64,000 bases of DNA from Limnothrix sp. BL-A-16 (lineage in GTDB: Bacteria; Cyanobacteriota; Cyanobacteriia; CACIAM-69d). The translations under genes and the position numbers were made by a program. Below the pieces are notes generated by a model. It made no database searches. It saw nothing but the letters and a program-made list of their open reading frames with translations, and was not told where the DNA came from. Location of the stretch: contig CP166615.1 of NCBI GenBank assembly GCA_041937175.2, positions 4,352,001 through 4,416,000 of the forward strand. The letters run 5' to 3'. Below are positions 1 through 10,083 of this stretch, piece by piece (within the stretch, counting starts at the first letter, position 1; the number at the start of each line of letters is the position of its first letter).

Positions 1-148
1 GCGGGGGCCCATCCATCGGGAGCCTTGTCCCCGGATGGCCGATGTACGCCAAAACCATCAACAAGTCTCGCAAATCATTGCAATTCGTAACAATTTGCGA
101 GAAGAGTCGCATGATTCTAGTGAACCCCCCAGTTCTGTGCTAGCCACC

Positions 149-157
149 TGCTACACT
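149..157 (+). promoter_or_regulatory. Candidate extended -10 promoter (TGcTACACT) for the rne-rnhB operon
   Basis: TGn plus TAN3T hexamer ~830 bp upstream of rne, with no credible ORF in between; cyanobacterial rne is known to have a long 5' UTR. Confidence 0.4.
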
Positions 158-993
158 GAAGGGGACTGCTAGGCCATTGTCCCGGTGCGCGACACCACCA
201 AAGACAAAGCCTCAGCAGCCGATCGCCTTCAAAATCAATCGAGCCAGGCATTTACCCAGAACGCGCTTAGTGCCCGTCCTCGATCGAGCGCCTGTGCAGC
301 AGCGAAAATATCCCGAGCCACCGCCAATCCTCAGGAATTGCCTCGGCGATTGAATGCCGCCCACGAATCTAACCCTTTGCGGGCAACCACACCTCGGAGC
401 CAAATTTGCTCTTGATGATGTCGGAAACTCGCAAGATGCAGGGTCAAGCTCGTAACATCTGCTCTGGCCAATCCCTGTTAACAAGTCGCCGGTTCCAGAC
501 TGAGTGAGAGTTGCTCAAGCTGTGCTGGATAGGGGGTTTTTAACAGGCCAACACATCCAACGTGCTTTGATCGAATTGTGTCTGGATCAAGTTGTCGATC
601 GTCATTCAGTCGCAACCCTTTTGGGTCAGGTCTCGATCAAAGCCCCATACCGGGGTCTCTTTGATTGATCGCGAGTTTGTTCGTTGGTTGGGTCATTCGC
701 AGTTTGCCTCAGCCTTGACTCCTGCTTCTGGGCAATTCCCCGGTCGAGGTGAATGTCTCCGGTATTTTGAGCTGCTCGATTGAACCGAGAAATCAATCGA
801 TGCTGTGCTGCTCCTTGATGGATGCAGCCGCACCCCCTGTTTGCTTTTCTCGATCGAACCTGCATGAAGCGGTTGGTCAGCGAGCCTTCGATTAATTACT
901 GTCTTATCCCCGGCGACGGTCGCCCCCTGCATCCTCTCGGCGGTGCAGTAGACCGCATGTGGCGATCGCCCGTGAGTTCCCAGAGGAATCTGC

Positions 994-3075
994 ATGCCCA
1001 AACAAATCATCATCGCCGAACAGCACCGCATTGCTGCCGTTTTTAGCGAAGATCGCGTTCAAGAACTGATCGTGGCCACCGGCAGTCACCAGGTGGGCGA
1101 CATTTACCTCGGGGTGGTGGAGAACGTGCTGCCCGGCATTGACGCGGCCTTTGTCAATATTGGGGACTCCGAACGCAACGGGTTCATCCACGTTTCCGAC
1201 TTGGGCCCACTGCGGTTGCGTAAAACCGCCGGTTCGATTACTGAACTCCTCGCGCCGCAGCAAAAAGTCTTGGTGCAGGTGATGAAAGAACCGACGGGCA
1301 ATAAGGGCCCTCGGTTGACCGGCAAAGTTAGTTTGCCCGGTCGCTATTTAGTGCTGATGCCCTTTGGGTCGGGGGTGAACCTGTCCCGACGGATTGAGCG
1401 CGAGAACGAGCGCCACCGACTCCGGGCCTTGGCAATTTTGATCAAGCCTGCGGGCATGGGGCTGTTGGTGCGCACGGAGGCCGAGGGTGTGGCCGAAGAG
1501 GCGATCATGGAAGATCTTGAAGCCCTGCAACGCCGTTGGGAATCGATCCAACAGGAGGCGGCTTCAACCCGTGCGCCGGCCCTGTTGGAGCGGGACGATG
1601 ATTTTATTCAACGGGTGTTGCGAGAAGCTTATACCCAAGAAGTGAACCGGGTGGTGGTGGATTCCCACTCAGGGATGAAGCGGATTAAGCAGCAGGTGAC
1701 CCTCTGGGCGGGCAGCAAAACCCTGCCGGGCGTGTCGATCGATCATCACCGGGAGCGATCGTCAATTCTGGAATATTTCCGGGTGAACGCGGCGATTCGC
1801 GAAGCCCTGAAACCACGGGTCGATTTACCCTCGGGTGGCTACATCATCATTGAACCCACCGAAGCCCTGACGGTGATTGATGTGAACTCCGGGTCGTTTA
1901 CCCGATCGGCCACGGCCCGCGAAACGGTGCTTTGGACGAACTGCGAGGCGGCCACGGAAATTGCCCGTCAGTTACGCCTGCGAAATTTGGCGGGGGTGAT
2001 TGTGGTGGACTTCATTGATATGGAATCCCACCGCGATCGCCTGCAAGTGTTGGAGCATTTCAGCAAGGCCCTGAAGTCCGACAAGGCCCGGCCCCAAATT
2101 GCCCAGCTTTCCGAGTTGGGTTTGGTGGAACTGACCCGGAAGCGCCAGGGCCAAAACATCTACGAGTTGTTTGGTCGCGCTTGCCCCACCTGTGGTGGTT
2201 TGGGCATGTTGGCCCACCTGCCCGATGAGGCGGAGGATGCGGAACCGGTCAGCCTGTTGCCCAATGTGGAGAGTGGCGATCGCCGCAGTATTCCAATGCT
2301 GCAAAAGAGTCGATCGAGTGTTGGTAGCCGTCGTTCGGTTTCCCGATCGCGCGAACTCCCCCCGGCCGCTGCGATCGTCAGCCTCCCCAGCTTGGAAGAT
2401 CCCTTGCCTAACTTGCAAGATTTGGATCTGAGCAACCACCCCAACTATCAAGAGTCCCTGAATGGCAGCAACAGCCGTCGCCGTCGCCGCCGTCGTGGAG
2501 GGAATGATGAGCCGGTGAGTCGGCGTGGGGCGGCCAGTTTGCCCGTGGCGGCCGAACCGGAGGTGGATGAAGCACCTTTAGATCCGCCCACGGTGACCGC
2601 CGCTGCTGCCCAACCCAGCCCCGCCCCCGCCGCCCAAGGCCGCAATGGCCGACCGGAACGGAGCCGAGGGCGTAGTGCTCGGACTGCGGAACCTCGGGAA
2701 GCGGTGGCCGTGACCATGACTTCGGAGGAGCAAGAAGTTTATGCCTGGATGGGGGTGTCGCCGCTGCTGTTGAGCGATCGGCAGCCGGAAAACCCGGAAA
2801 GCGCGATCGTCTCGGTGCTGTTGCCAGGTCAAACGGCTCCGCCCGTTCCGGCTCCACAACCGGTGGCTGACTCGATCGAGCTGGCCGAAAAGGATAGCCC
2901 TGCCCCAGCCGCTGCGGAACCGGTTCCCACGGAATCGCTGCCTTTGAATATCTCCAATGGGCATGGGGCAGAGGATCCGCCCAGTGGCTTGCCGGAAATT
3001 GTGTCCGTCACGCCCGGCGGGGATGCCAACGGCCGACCGCGCCGCCGTCGCCGCCGATCGAGCACTCGCGCTTAA
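994..3075 (+). CDS. rne: Ribonuclease E (Rne/Rng family)
   Basis: S1 region (GDIYLG...AAFVNIG), catalytic IDVNSG and VDFIDM motifs, CPTCGG zinc link, disordered C-terminus with poly-Arg motifs typical of cyanobacterial RNase E. Confidence 0.97.
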   Translation: MPKQIIIAEQHRIAAVFSEDRVQELIVATGSHQVGDIYLGVVENVLPGIDAAFVNIGDSERNGFIHVSDLGPLRLRKTAGSITELLAPQQKVLVQVMKEPTGNKGPRLTGKVSLPGRYLVLMPFGSGVNLSRRIERENERHRLRALAILIKPAGMGLLVRTEAEGVAEEAIMEDLEALQRRWESIQQEAASTRAPALLERDDDFIQRVLREAYTQEVNRVVVDSHSGMKRIKQQVTLWAGSKTLPGVSIDHHRERSSILEYFRVNAAIREALKPRVDLPSGGYIIIEPTEALTVIDVNSGSFTRSATARETVLWTNCEAATEIARQLRLRNLAGVIVVDFIDMESHRDRLQVLEHFSKALKSDKARPQIAQLSELGLVELTRKRQGQNIYELFGRACPTCGGLGMLAHLPDEAEDAEPVSLLPNVESGDRRSIPMLQKSRSSVGSRRSVSRSRELPPAAAIVSLPSLEDPLPNLQDLDLSNHPNYQESLNGSNSRRRRRRRGGNDEPVSRRGAASLPVAAEPEVDEAPLDPPTVTAAAAQPSPAPAAQGRNGRPERSRGRSARTAEPREAVAVTMTSEEQEVYAWMGVSPLLLSDRQPENPESAIVSVLLPGQTAPPVPAPQPVADSIELAEKDSPAPAAAEPVPTESLPLNISNGHGAEDPPSGLPEIVSVTPGGDANGRPRRRRRRSSTRA

Positions 3076-3079
3076 CCCC

Positions 3080-3775
3080 ATGGGGAGTAAAGCGGTGCGG
3101 TCCAGGGATGAGGCGATCGGGACGGAATCGTTGCCCGATCGCCCCCTGGCCGACTCCATTCCTCCGGCTCCCGATCAATCCCCATGGACTGCGGGGGTGG
3201 ATGAGGTGGGCCGCGGAGCACTGTTTGGGCCCGTGGTGGCGGCGGCTGTGATTTTGACAGCCGAGGCGGAAAGCGACTTGCGAACTTTGGGCGTGCGGGA
3301 TAGCAAGCAACTCTCGGCTCGCCAACGCCAAGCCCTGGTGGAACCGATTCGCGATCGGGCGGTGGCCTGGGCGATCGCGGAAGCTTCCGTGGCCGAAATT
3401 GATCAACTCAATATTTTGCAAGCCACTTTGCTGGCCATGCGGCGGGCCCTGGAGCAATTGCATCCTCGCCCCGATCGCTGCCTGGTGGACGGCAATCGCC
3501 CCATTCCCAACTTGTTTTGCCCCCAAGAAACGCTCATTCAGGGCGATCGACAATCGATCGCGATCGCTGCCGCCAGCATTTTGGCGAAAGTTCACCGCGA
3601 TCAACAGATCATTGACTGCGCGGCACAATACCCGGGCTATGACCTAGCTGCCAACAAGGGCTATGGCACGGCGGCCCATCGGGCAGCCTTACAAACCCTT
3701 GGCCCCACGCCGCTCCATCGACGTTCTTTCGCACCCTGTCAGTTGACCCTAAATCTCAGTGAGCTTCCGAGATAG
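3080..3775 (+). CDS. rnhB: Ribonuclease HII
   Basis: GVDEVGRG, DSK, VDG, AASILAKV and NKGYGT motifs; directly after rne. Start placed at ATG 3080 rather than 2957. Confidence 0.95.
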   Translation: MGSKAVRSRDEAIGTESLPDRPLADSIPPAPDQSPWTAGVDEVGRGALFGPVVAAAVILTAEAESDLRTLGVRDSKQLSARQRQALVEPIRDRAVAWAIAEASVAEIDQLNILQATLLAMRRALEQLHPRPDRCLVDGNRPIPNLFCPQETLIQGDRQSIAIAAASILAKVHRDQQIIDCAAQYPGYDLAANKGYGTAAHRAALQTLGPTPLHRRSFAPCQLTLNLSELPR

Positions 3776-4334
3776 GGTCAGGATCTGCAAAAGCAATCTG
3801 GCGATAAATCGTTTTCACGGATAGGGTTAGATCGATCGCCCCTAGATTGATCGCGTCGTCTAGGCCATAGTCCGACAATACCCACTGGCCCCGATCGTTC
3901 CGTTCAAACACTTCAATGGCCGGGCGATCGACCTGCACCAAAATGTAGGTTTGCAGGGTGTCTAAACGGCGGTAGGCGGCAAACTTTGCCCCGCGATCGA
4001 AGGATTCCGTAGAGGGTGATAGGACTTCGACAATCAAGGATGGAAATTGGATGAAGCGCTCATCTTGGTCGCGATCGTCGCAGGTCACCACCAGATCGGG
4101 ATAGAAATACTTGCGCCCTGGAACTGCCTGCACTTTGATATCGGAAATATAGACCTCACAGGGGCGATCGGCGAGGGCTGCGAAAATGTTACCGGCGATG
4201 CGATTGTGCGATCGGGTGCTGCCGCTCATGGCGATCGGTTCGCCGTCCCAAAATTCGTGGCGTTCCGCTTGGATGGTTTCCCAGGCAAAGTATTCCTCAG
4301 CCGTCAGTAGCGGGCGATCGGGTAAGGCAACCAT
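3756..4334 (-). CDS. Uma2 family endonuclease
   Basis: E-x-x-DG-x4-M, YPDLVVTC, IVEVLSPST...DRGAKF...Y motifs; ATG at 4334. Confidence 0.9.
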   Translation of the reverse strand: MVALPDRPLLTAEEYFAWETIQAERHEFWDGEPIAMSGSTRSHNRIAGNIFAALADRPCEVYISDIKVQAVPGRKYFYPDLVVTCDDRDQDERFIQFPSLIVEVLSPSTESFDRGAKFAAYRRLDTLQTYILVQVDRPAIEVFERNDRGQWVLSDYGLDDAINLGAIDLTLSVKTIYRQIAFADPDPISEAH

Positions 4335-4385
4335 GGGCAGCGATCGGGCGCGATCAGACCAACATCTAACTTCAGGATACAAAAC

Positions 4386-5615
4386 CTAGGGATAGAGAGC
4401 CGTGCCGGTGCTGGGGTCGAATAGATAGAGTTGGTCGCTGGGAATCGATAGCCACAATTCATCACCCAGGGCGATCGGCCGATCGGGCGGCAGGCGCACC
4501 TGCAACGGTTTGGCCGGGGCCTCTTCCAAGGTGCGTACTAATCCCCGGTCGATCGGTTCCACCAGCGCGTAGGTTTCCGACCCCAGCGCCTCCACCTGCA
4601 ACACGCGCACCGGCAAATTTTTCGGCGCAGGTAAACCATCGCTCCAGTGCTCTGGCCGCACCCCCAGCCACAACGCCCGGCCGTCGTAGGGTTCTAGGGT
4701 TTTGTCCCAAATTTCCGGCAGGGTCATCCGAAATTCGCCATTGGTCAGCAACGCTGGCCGCTTCACCCACACGGGCAAAAAATTCATGGTAGGTGAGCCG
4801 ATGAACTCCGCTACAAACCGATTAGCCGGCTGGCGATAGAGTTCCAGCGGTGCGGCGATTTGCTGGATTTGCCCACCGTTGAGCACCGCAATTCGATCGC
4901 CCATGGTCATCGCTTCCACCTGGTCGTGGGTGACATAAACCGTGGTGGTTTTCAGCTTGCGTTGGAGTTGCACAATTTGCGATCGGGTCTCCGTGCGCAA
5001 CTTCGCATCCAAATTACTCAGCGGCTCATCCATCAAAAAGACTTGCGGGTTCCGAGCGATCGCCCGACCCAGAGCCACCCGCTGCTTTTGGCCGCCGGAC
5101 AATTCCTTGGGCAGCCGATCAAGCAAATGATCAATTTGCAGCATTTCCGCCACGTGCCGCACCTGCTGGGCGATCGCTCGCTCCTGCTCCGACTCGTAGC
5201 GCCACGGTTTGGGGAGTCGCCGCGTCAGCCCCACCGCCAGCGGTTCCCATTTTTGCCAACCTTCGGCGGCGGGAGGATTCAACCGCCGTAGACCGAAAGC
5301 GATGTTGTCATAGACATTCAGGTGTGGATAGAGCGCATAGCTTTGGAACACCATGGCCACGTCCCGCGCCTTGGGGGGCAAGGGATCGACGCGCCGATCG
5401 CCCACCCAAATTTCGCCGCCCGTCACGGCTTCCAGCCCCGCAATCGATCGCAGCAGGGTGCTTTTGCCGCAACCGGACGGCCCCACCAGCACCAAAAATT
5501 CGCCATCCTCGATCGTCAGGCTAATCCGCCGCAACACGGCCGTGGGACTGCCACCGGGCGCGCGATCGCGGGGCGGATAGCTTTTGTAGACGTTATCCAA
5601 AACGACACGAGCCAC
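4386..5615 (-). CDS. Sugar/osmolyte ABC transporter ATP-binding protein (MalK/MsmK/GgtA family)
   Basis: Walker A GPSGCGKST, VFQSYALYPH, LSGGQKQR signature, DEPLSNLDA, C-terminal TOBE-like region. Confidence 0.92.
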   Translation of the reverse strand: MARVVLDNVYKSYPPRDRAPGGSPTAVLRRISLTIEDGEFLVLVGPSGCGKSTLLRSIAGLEAVTGGEIWVGDRRVDPLPPKARDVAMVFQSYALYPHLNVYDNIAFGLRRLNPPAAEGWQKWEPLAVGLTRRLPKPWRYESEQERAIAQQVRHVAEMLQIDHLLDRLPKELSGGQKQRVALGRAIARNPQVFLMDEPLSNLDAKLRTETRSQIVQLQRKLKTTTVYVTHDQVEAMTMGDRIAVLNGGQIQQIAAPLELYRQPANRFVAEFIGSPTMNFLPVWVKRPALLTNGEFRMTLPEIWDKTLEPYDGRALWLGVRPEHWSDGLPAPKNLPVRVLQVEALGSETYALVEPIDRGLVRTLEEAPAKPLQVRLPPDRPIALGDELWLSIPSDQLYLFDPSTGTALYP

Positions 5616-5685
5616 GGCAATTCAACTAGAGCGCAGGTCTCGACCATTATATGGATTGGGATATGGATTGATCTGTGGGGATTGG

Positions 5686-6264
5686 TTATTGGGATTCGCT
5701 AAACACGACGCGGCGATAAATTTGGGCGATCGGCAGGGTGACGGGCAAGGTTTTGAGGGCGATCGCCTGGGTGCGATCGCTGTAGTCACAAAATTGCCAA
5801 TTCGAGTCATCCAGCTTCCAAAAATGGGTGATGAAGGATTCATCTTGCCGAACCAACAGATATTCCGCAAACTCAGGAATCGATCGATAAAATCGAAACT
5901 TGTCAGCACGATCAAACAGTTCCGTAGAGGGCGACAACACCTCAACTAAAAAACAGGGATTCAGCACCTCATCATCCCGATCGTCATGCCGTTGGGGCAA
6001 TCCAGCAATCACCATCACATCGGGATAAGTTCCCCGTTGATAGGTCGGAATCCAGAGCCGTAGATCACTGTTAAAAACCTCAAACTGGGTTTGATCCAGT
6101 TGGCTAATCAATAAACTGCAAATCTCCGTTGCAATTCGGCTGTGATTAATTGACCCTCCCGGCATTTCCCAGATGACTCCATTGGCATATTCGTGACGTT
6201 GTTCCGATGTTTCCTCAAGCGATCGGTACTTAGCCAATGAATAGCGTTGTTCAATCGCTAGCAT
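5686..6264 (-). CDS. Uma2 family endonuclease
   Basis: YPDVMVI, LVEVLSPST, DRADKF...YRSIP...EYLLV motifs. Confidence 0.9.
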   Translation of the reverse strand: MLAIEQRYSLAKYRSLEETSEQRHEYANGVIWEMPGGSINHSRIATEICSLLISQLDQTQFEVFNSDLRLWIPTYQRGTYPDVMVIAGLPQRHDDRDDEVLNPCFLVEVLSPSTELFDRADKFRFYRSIPEFAEYLLVRQDESFITHFWKLDDSNWQFCDYSDRTQAIALKTLPVTLPIAQIYRRVVFSESQ

Positions 6265-6271
6265 GATGTTT

Positions 6272-6895
6272 TTACCTCTCTAGATGATCGATAGTCTTCA
6301 AGATCACTTGAAAAATCCCTAGAATCGTTTGGATTTCTTTAAAATAATATTCATCTCGATCAATATAAACCGCGCGATCGCGCAGCTTCAGAAACTTCCA
6401 AGTTGTACCCGTGGTCACTACCCCATAAACCCAAGGCAGAGGACGATTTTCCCGTTCATTAAATAACCAAGCAGCGTACATCGTGGCAATGCATTGGCCC
6501 AAGCCCGCGACGATATCTTCTTTTTTCGCTTCCACAATGGCGATCGCGGGAGCAGCAATATACAGTTGCTCAGGACTCAGGCTCAAGAGGTAGTCACACT
6601 GACCGTATAGACCTCGCTTGCGATCGACCGTGAAACTCCGTCCCGAAAAAAGGCTAATTTGGGCATGAACCTGCTTACGTACCTCGGTCAAAATGGGTGC
6701 AATGATCCATTCTGATCGGGATTTTTCAGTATTAATGGCCAGGGCCATAGAAGTCCCTTCGGCCAGGGTTAATTCTAAATAAGGGCTAATGGTCACGGAT
6801 GGAATTTGGCTGAGATCAAAAAGTGATTGATCTTCAACTAAGGTGATGCCAAATGTTTCCTTGACGGTCTTAAGAGAAAACTTGCTGTAGGCCAT
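6272..6895 (-). CDS. Conserved cyanobacterial PD-(D/E)XK-like protein (HSDR_N-like)
   Basis: EKSRSE, G-x-CDYL, IVEAKK, GQCIA, YGVVTTG-x-x-W-x-F pattern. Confidence 0.7.
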   Translation of the reverse strand: MAYSKFSLKTVKETFGITLVEDQSLFDLSQIPSVTISPYLELTLAEGTSMALAINTEKSRSEWIIAPILTEVRKQVHAQISLFSGRSFTVDRKRGLYGQCDYLLSLSPEQLYIAAPAIAIVEAKKEDIVAGLGQCIATMYAAWLFNERENRPLPWVYGVVTTGTTWKFLKLRDRAVYIDRDEYYFKEIQTILGIFQVILKTIDHLER

Positions 6896-6997
6896 TTTGA
6901 AACGCTGGCTGTCCGCAATTTTGTTGAAGATTGGGCAAGTTCAGACGTACTGAGAAAATCCTGCTCCACCCAAGCTGCGACACAGTGACTGAGGCTA

Positions 6998-7123
6998 GGG
7001 GCTGTCCCCTAATTCTTGTGTTGCGAGATCTCGGGGGCAAGGGGCTTAAGCCCCTTGTCTAGAGCGGTTGCAATCAGCACATCAGTTATCCAGTGTTGAT
7101 CGATCCAATTCGATGGCGTGTCC
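6998..7123. mobile_element. Degenerate copy of the ~140-bp MITE family with central CAAGGGGCTTAAGCCCCTTG palindrome
   Basis: Perfect palindrome at 7038-7057; flanking TA dinucleotides and decayed terminal inverted repeats. Confidence 0.45.
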
Positions 7124-7183
7124 TAACCCTGGCTAAACCTGATTATGGCACTCCCGGACGATCGGCTCGGAGATGAGTGATAA

Positions 7184-7209
7184 TTTACAAAAGTTTACAA
7201 ATTTATAAT
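7184..7209 (+). promoter_or_regulatory. HLR1 (RpaB-binding) site followed by a TATAAT -10 box for crtD
   Basis: TTTACAAA-AG-TTTACAAA (7184-7201) matches (G/T)TTACA(T/A)(T/A)-N2-(G/T)TTACA(T/A)(T/A); TATAAT at 7204-7209. Confidence 0.75.
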
Positions 7210-7231
7210 TCATCCCTGATCGCTCTGTCCT

Positions 7232-8785
7232 ATGACCCAAACCACCGCAACCGACGCAAACCGCCCGATCGTGGTGATTGGGGCGGGAATTGGCGGCCTG
7301 ACCACGGCGGCCCTGCTGGCGCGACGGGGGCGATCGGTCAAGGTGTTTGATTTGGCGATCGTGCCGGGGGGCTGTGCATCCACCTTTCGGCGGCGGGGCT
7401 TCACCTTTGAGGTGGGCGCGACCCAGGTGGCGGGGTTGGAACCGGGCGGCATCCATCACCGGATTTTTGGCGAATTGGGCATCGAGCTGCCGGCCGCCCA
7501 GCCCTGCGATCCGGCCTGTGCGGTGTTTTTGCCGAGGGAAACGGAGCCGATTTCCGTGTGGCGCGACCCCGATCGCTGGCGGGCAGAGCGATCGCGGCAA
7601 TTTCCCGGGAGCGAACCCTTTTGGCGGCTGTTGGCGGATTTATTTCGCTATAGCTGGGAGTTTCAGGCGGGCGATCCGGTGTTGCCGCCGGGAAATGCTT
7701 GGGATGTGGCGCAACTGCTAAAGGCGGTGAAACCTAGCACCCTGCTGACGGCTCCCCATGCTTTTTCGACGGTGGGCGACCTGTTGCGGCGGCTGGGCTT
7801 GGCGGGCGATCGCCGCTTGAAAACCTTTTTGGATATGCAACTGAAGCTCTATTCCCAGGTGGGGGCGGACGAAACGGCCCTGCTCTACGCGGCGACAGCG
7901 CTGGGCCTGTCCCAGGAACCCTTTGGGCTGTACCACCTGGAGGGCAGTATGCAGGTATTGAGCGATCGCCTGTTGGAATCGTTAACCCGGGACGGCGGCC
8001 AGCTCCAGATGCGCCATCGGGTCGAGCGGATCATCACCGAACATGGCCAGACGACGGGTGTACTGGTTCGGAACCTGAAAACCGATGAGACCTGGATTGA
8101 ACCGGCGGCGGTGGTGGTGGCCAATGTGCCGATCCAGAACTTGACGGAGATGGTCAATTGGCCGAGCGATCGCCCCTGGTTCGATCGCCTGGCCACGGAT
8201 TTCTATCGATCGCGCGCCGAAAAACTGCCGGAACCCTCGGGCGCATTCGTGGTCTATTTGGGGGTCGATCGCGCCGCCCTACCCACCGACTGCCCACCCC
8301 ACCTGCAATTCCTCTACGACTGGGACGGCCCCGTGGGCGAAAACAACTCGCTGTTTGTGTCCGTCAGCCGCGAGGGTGATGGACGCGCCCCGGCCGGGAT
8401 GGCGACGATCACGGCTTCTTCCTTTGTGGATCCGCAGCCTTGGTATCGTTGCCGCGATCGGGCGGAGTACGAAGCCCTAAAAACCCGCTACACGGAAGAG
8501 GCGATCGAGAAGCTGGGCCGTTATTTCCAGCTTGATGCCGGGGCGATCGTCCATTGCGAAGCCGCCACCCCCCGCACCTTTGAAGACTTCACGGGCCGCA
8601 AGTTCGGCTACGTGGGCGGTGTGGGAATGCGCGTTTCGACCTTTGGCCCCTTCGCGATCGGGAATCGCACGCCGGTTCCAGGTCTCTGGCTGGTGGGCGA
8701 CTCCACCCACCCGGGCGAAGGCACAGCAGGCACGAGCTATTCCGCCCTCACCACCGTCCGCCAAATGACCGCCGCCGGGTTTTGA
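7232..8785 (+). CDS. crtD: C-3',4' carotenoid desaturase (myxoxanthophyll pathway)
   Basis: GAGIGG FAD motif, PGGCASTF, GATQVAGLEPGGIH, C-terminal GDSTHPGEGTAG of cyanobacterial CrtD. Confidence 0.88.
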   Translation: MTQTTATDANRPIVVIGAGIGGLTTAALLARRGRSVKVFDLAIVPGGCASTFRRRGFTFEVGATQVAGLEPGGIHHRIFGELGIELPAAQPCDPACAVFLPRETEPISVWRDPDRWRAERSRQFPGSEPFWRLLADLFRYSWEFQAGDPVLPPGNAWDVAQLLKAVKPSTLLTAPHAFSTVGDLLRRLGLAGDRRLKTFLDMQLKLYSQVGADETALLYAATALGLSQEPFGLYHLEGSMQVLSDRLLESLTRDGGQLQMRHRVERIITEHGQTTGVLVRNLKTDETWIEPAAVVVANVPIQNLTEMVNWPSDRPWFDRLATDFYRSRAEKLPEPSGAFVVYLGVDRAALPTDCPPHLQFLYDWDGPVGENNSLFVSVSREGDGRAPAGMATITASSFVDPQPWYRCRDRAEYEALKTRYTEEAIEKLGRYFQLDAGAIVHCEAATPRTFEDFTGRKFGYVGGVGMRVSTFGPFAIGNRTPVPGLWLVGDSTHPGEGTAGTSYSALTTVRQMTAAGF

Positions 8786-8808
8786 TGCAGAGTTTAGCTA
8801 GAGCGATC
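8661..8808 (+). repeat. 148-bp direct repeat, copy 1 (crtD 3' end plus downstream sequence)
   Basis: Matches 10084-10231 with 3 mismatches. Confidence 0.95.
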
Positions 8809-9376
8809 GCTCCAAAACTTCGTCAGTAACCTGAACCGATTGAAGAAACTCCATTAGTGCTTGAATCACCTTGGATTCACGCAAAGTTGCAATATCTTGG
8901 TCAGTCAAATTGATTAATAGATGGCTGATTAATAGATGGACTTGATTTTTTACATTTTCAGCCCGAAAAAACAACCGCTCTAAGACCTGTCTAGGCTGAT
9001 AAGTTGCCTGACTTAGGAGATCTGGTGCAGGTGCATAACCTAGCAGGCGCGTCAGCAAAGAAACATCGTGAAAAAAAATGCTTTCTAAAGCTGGAACTGC
9101 TGGAATAACCTTCACAGGCGTGTTGGCGGCAAGACTGTTGAGGAGTTCTTCAATATCTTTCACTCGTTGCTGAATTTGCTCAAGCACTACCGAATCTGAA
9201 TCAACTACAACTGCTACAGGAGATTGGCGGCGCACAACTAAAGAAAGAGCCAAAGACTTGAGAGCATATAGCCCGCCCGCAGCTACAATCTCAACATTTT
9301 TAGTTAACTCCGATGGCAGTACCTTTTTTAGTAATTGAACATCAACTTGCCTTTCACAAACAACATAAGTTTTCAT
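8798..9376 (-). CDS. Hypothetical protein, TOPRIM-like
   Basis: N-terminal YVVCE...D and later VVVDSD, resembling the TOPRIM E and DxD motifs; low GC; overlaps the upstream nuclease by 4 bp. Confidence 0.6.
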   Translation of the reverse strand: MKTYVVCERQVDVQLLKKVLPSELTKNVEIVAAGGLYALKSLALSLVVRRQSPVAVVVDSDSVVLEQIQQRVKDIEELLNSLAANTPVKVIPAVPALESIFFHDVSLLTRLLGYAPAPDLLSQATYQPRQVLERLFFRAENVKNQVHLLISHLLINLTDQDIATLRESKVIQALMEFLQSVQVTDEVLERSL

Positions 9377-9927
9377 GGAATATCCCTCTCTCGAACATCA
9401 TAGTCAGGTAAACCGTCTTCTACGCATACTCGATATTTCAGCATTAGTAATTCGCAAATCGACTCCCTTTCTAATGCATACCTGATTTCTTCTCCGCTCC
9501 ACAACAGAATAGTTTGAGGCAATGAAAAATATGATAAATGCCGAGATGGGTCGGTAAATCCTGTTCTACTAAACACTAAGCCAAGAGTGCTTGCGGGGCG
9601 ACGTAGAAGCTGATTGCGGAGCTTGGCAATGGGTGCAATATCAACGTTAACCCTGTCTGCCAGATCCTTGCTTTCTACTAAGCAAGATAGCCCTGAGTAG
9701 TAAACCACGCCATCGACTTGTTCAAGCTCTTCGCCAAATAATCTGACGCTATAGGGATATTTCACTTCTGCGCCATCAAGTTGAAACGCACGAATAATCA
9801 GATATTCAAAAGCCTTTCCTGCATCCCAGCCTGGTGTTTGGCGAGCTTCGATATCAGCCCACAAGGATCTGAGGTCTTCCCACTCCAAGGATTGCACGAT
9901 CGTTTCGTACTGCTTTGCTGTGGTCAA
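9373..9927 (-). CDS. Mrr-like restriction endonuclease
   Basis: GKAFE, EQVDGV and LVESK PD-(D/E)XK motifs, FSRTGFT; TTG start. Confidence 0.75.
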   Translation of the reverse strand: MTTAKQYETIVQSLEWEDLRSLWADIEARQTPGWDAGKAFEYLIIRAFQLDGAEVKYPYSVRLFGEELEQVDGVVYYSGLSCLVESKDLADRVNVDIAPIAKLRNQLLRRPASTLGLVFSRTGFTDPSRHLSYFSLPQTILLWSGEEIRYALERESICELLMLKYRVCVEDGLPDYDVRERDIP

Positions 9928-10083
9928 TCCTGAGTCTCCAAGGCTTGACTACGGAATTGATGAATTGGGTTTAGGCTAATTATATAGCCAGGAATAATCA
10001 TGCTTTTGGGCTATTCCAGTTCAAGCGGTGTTGTATCAATTTATTGAGTCATCGTTGCGTCTGCATGGGTAGCATGGGAATCA

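Noticed and set aside
2957..3079. N-terminal extension of rnhB
   Set aside because: Overlaps the rne 3' end out of frame; the ATG at 3080 is a better start
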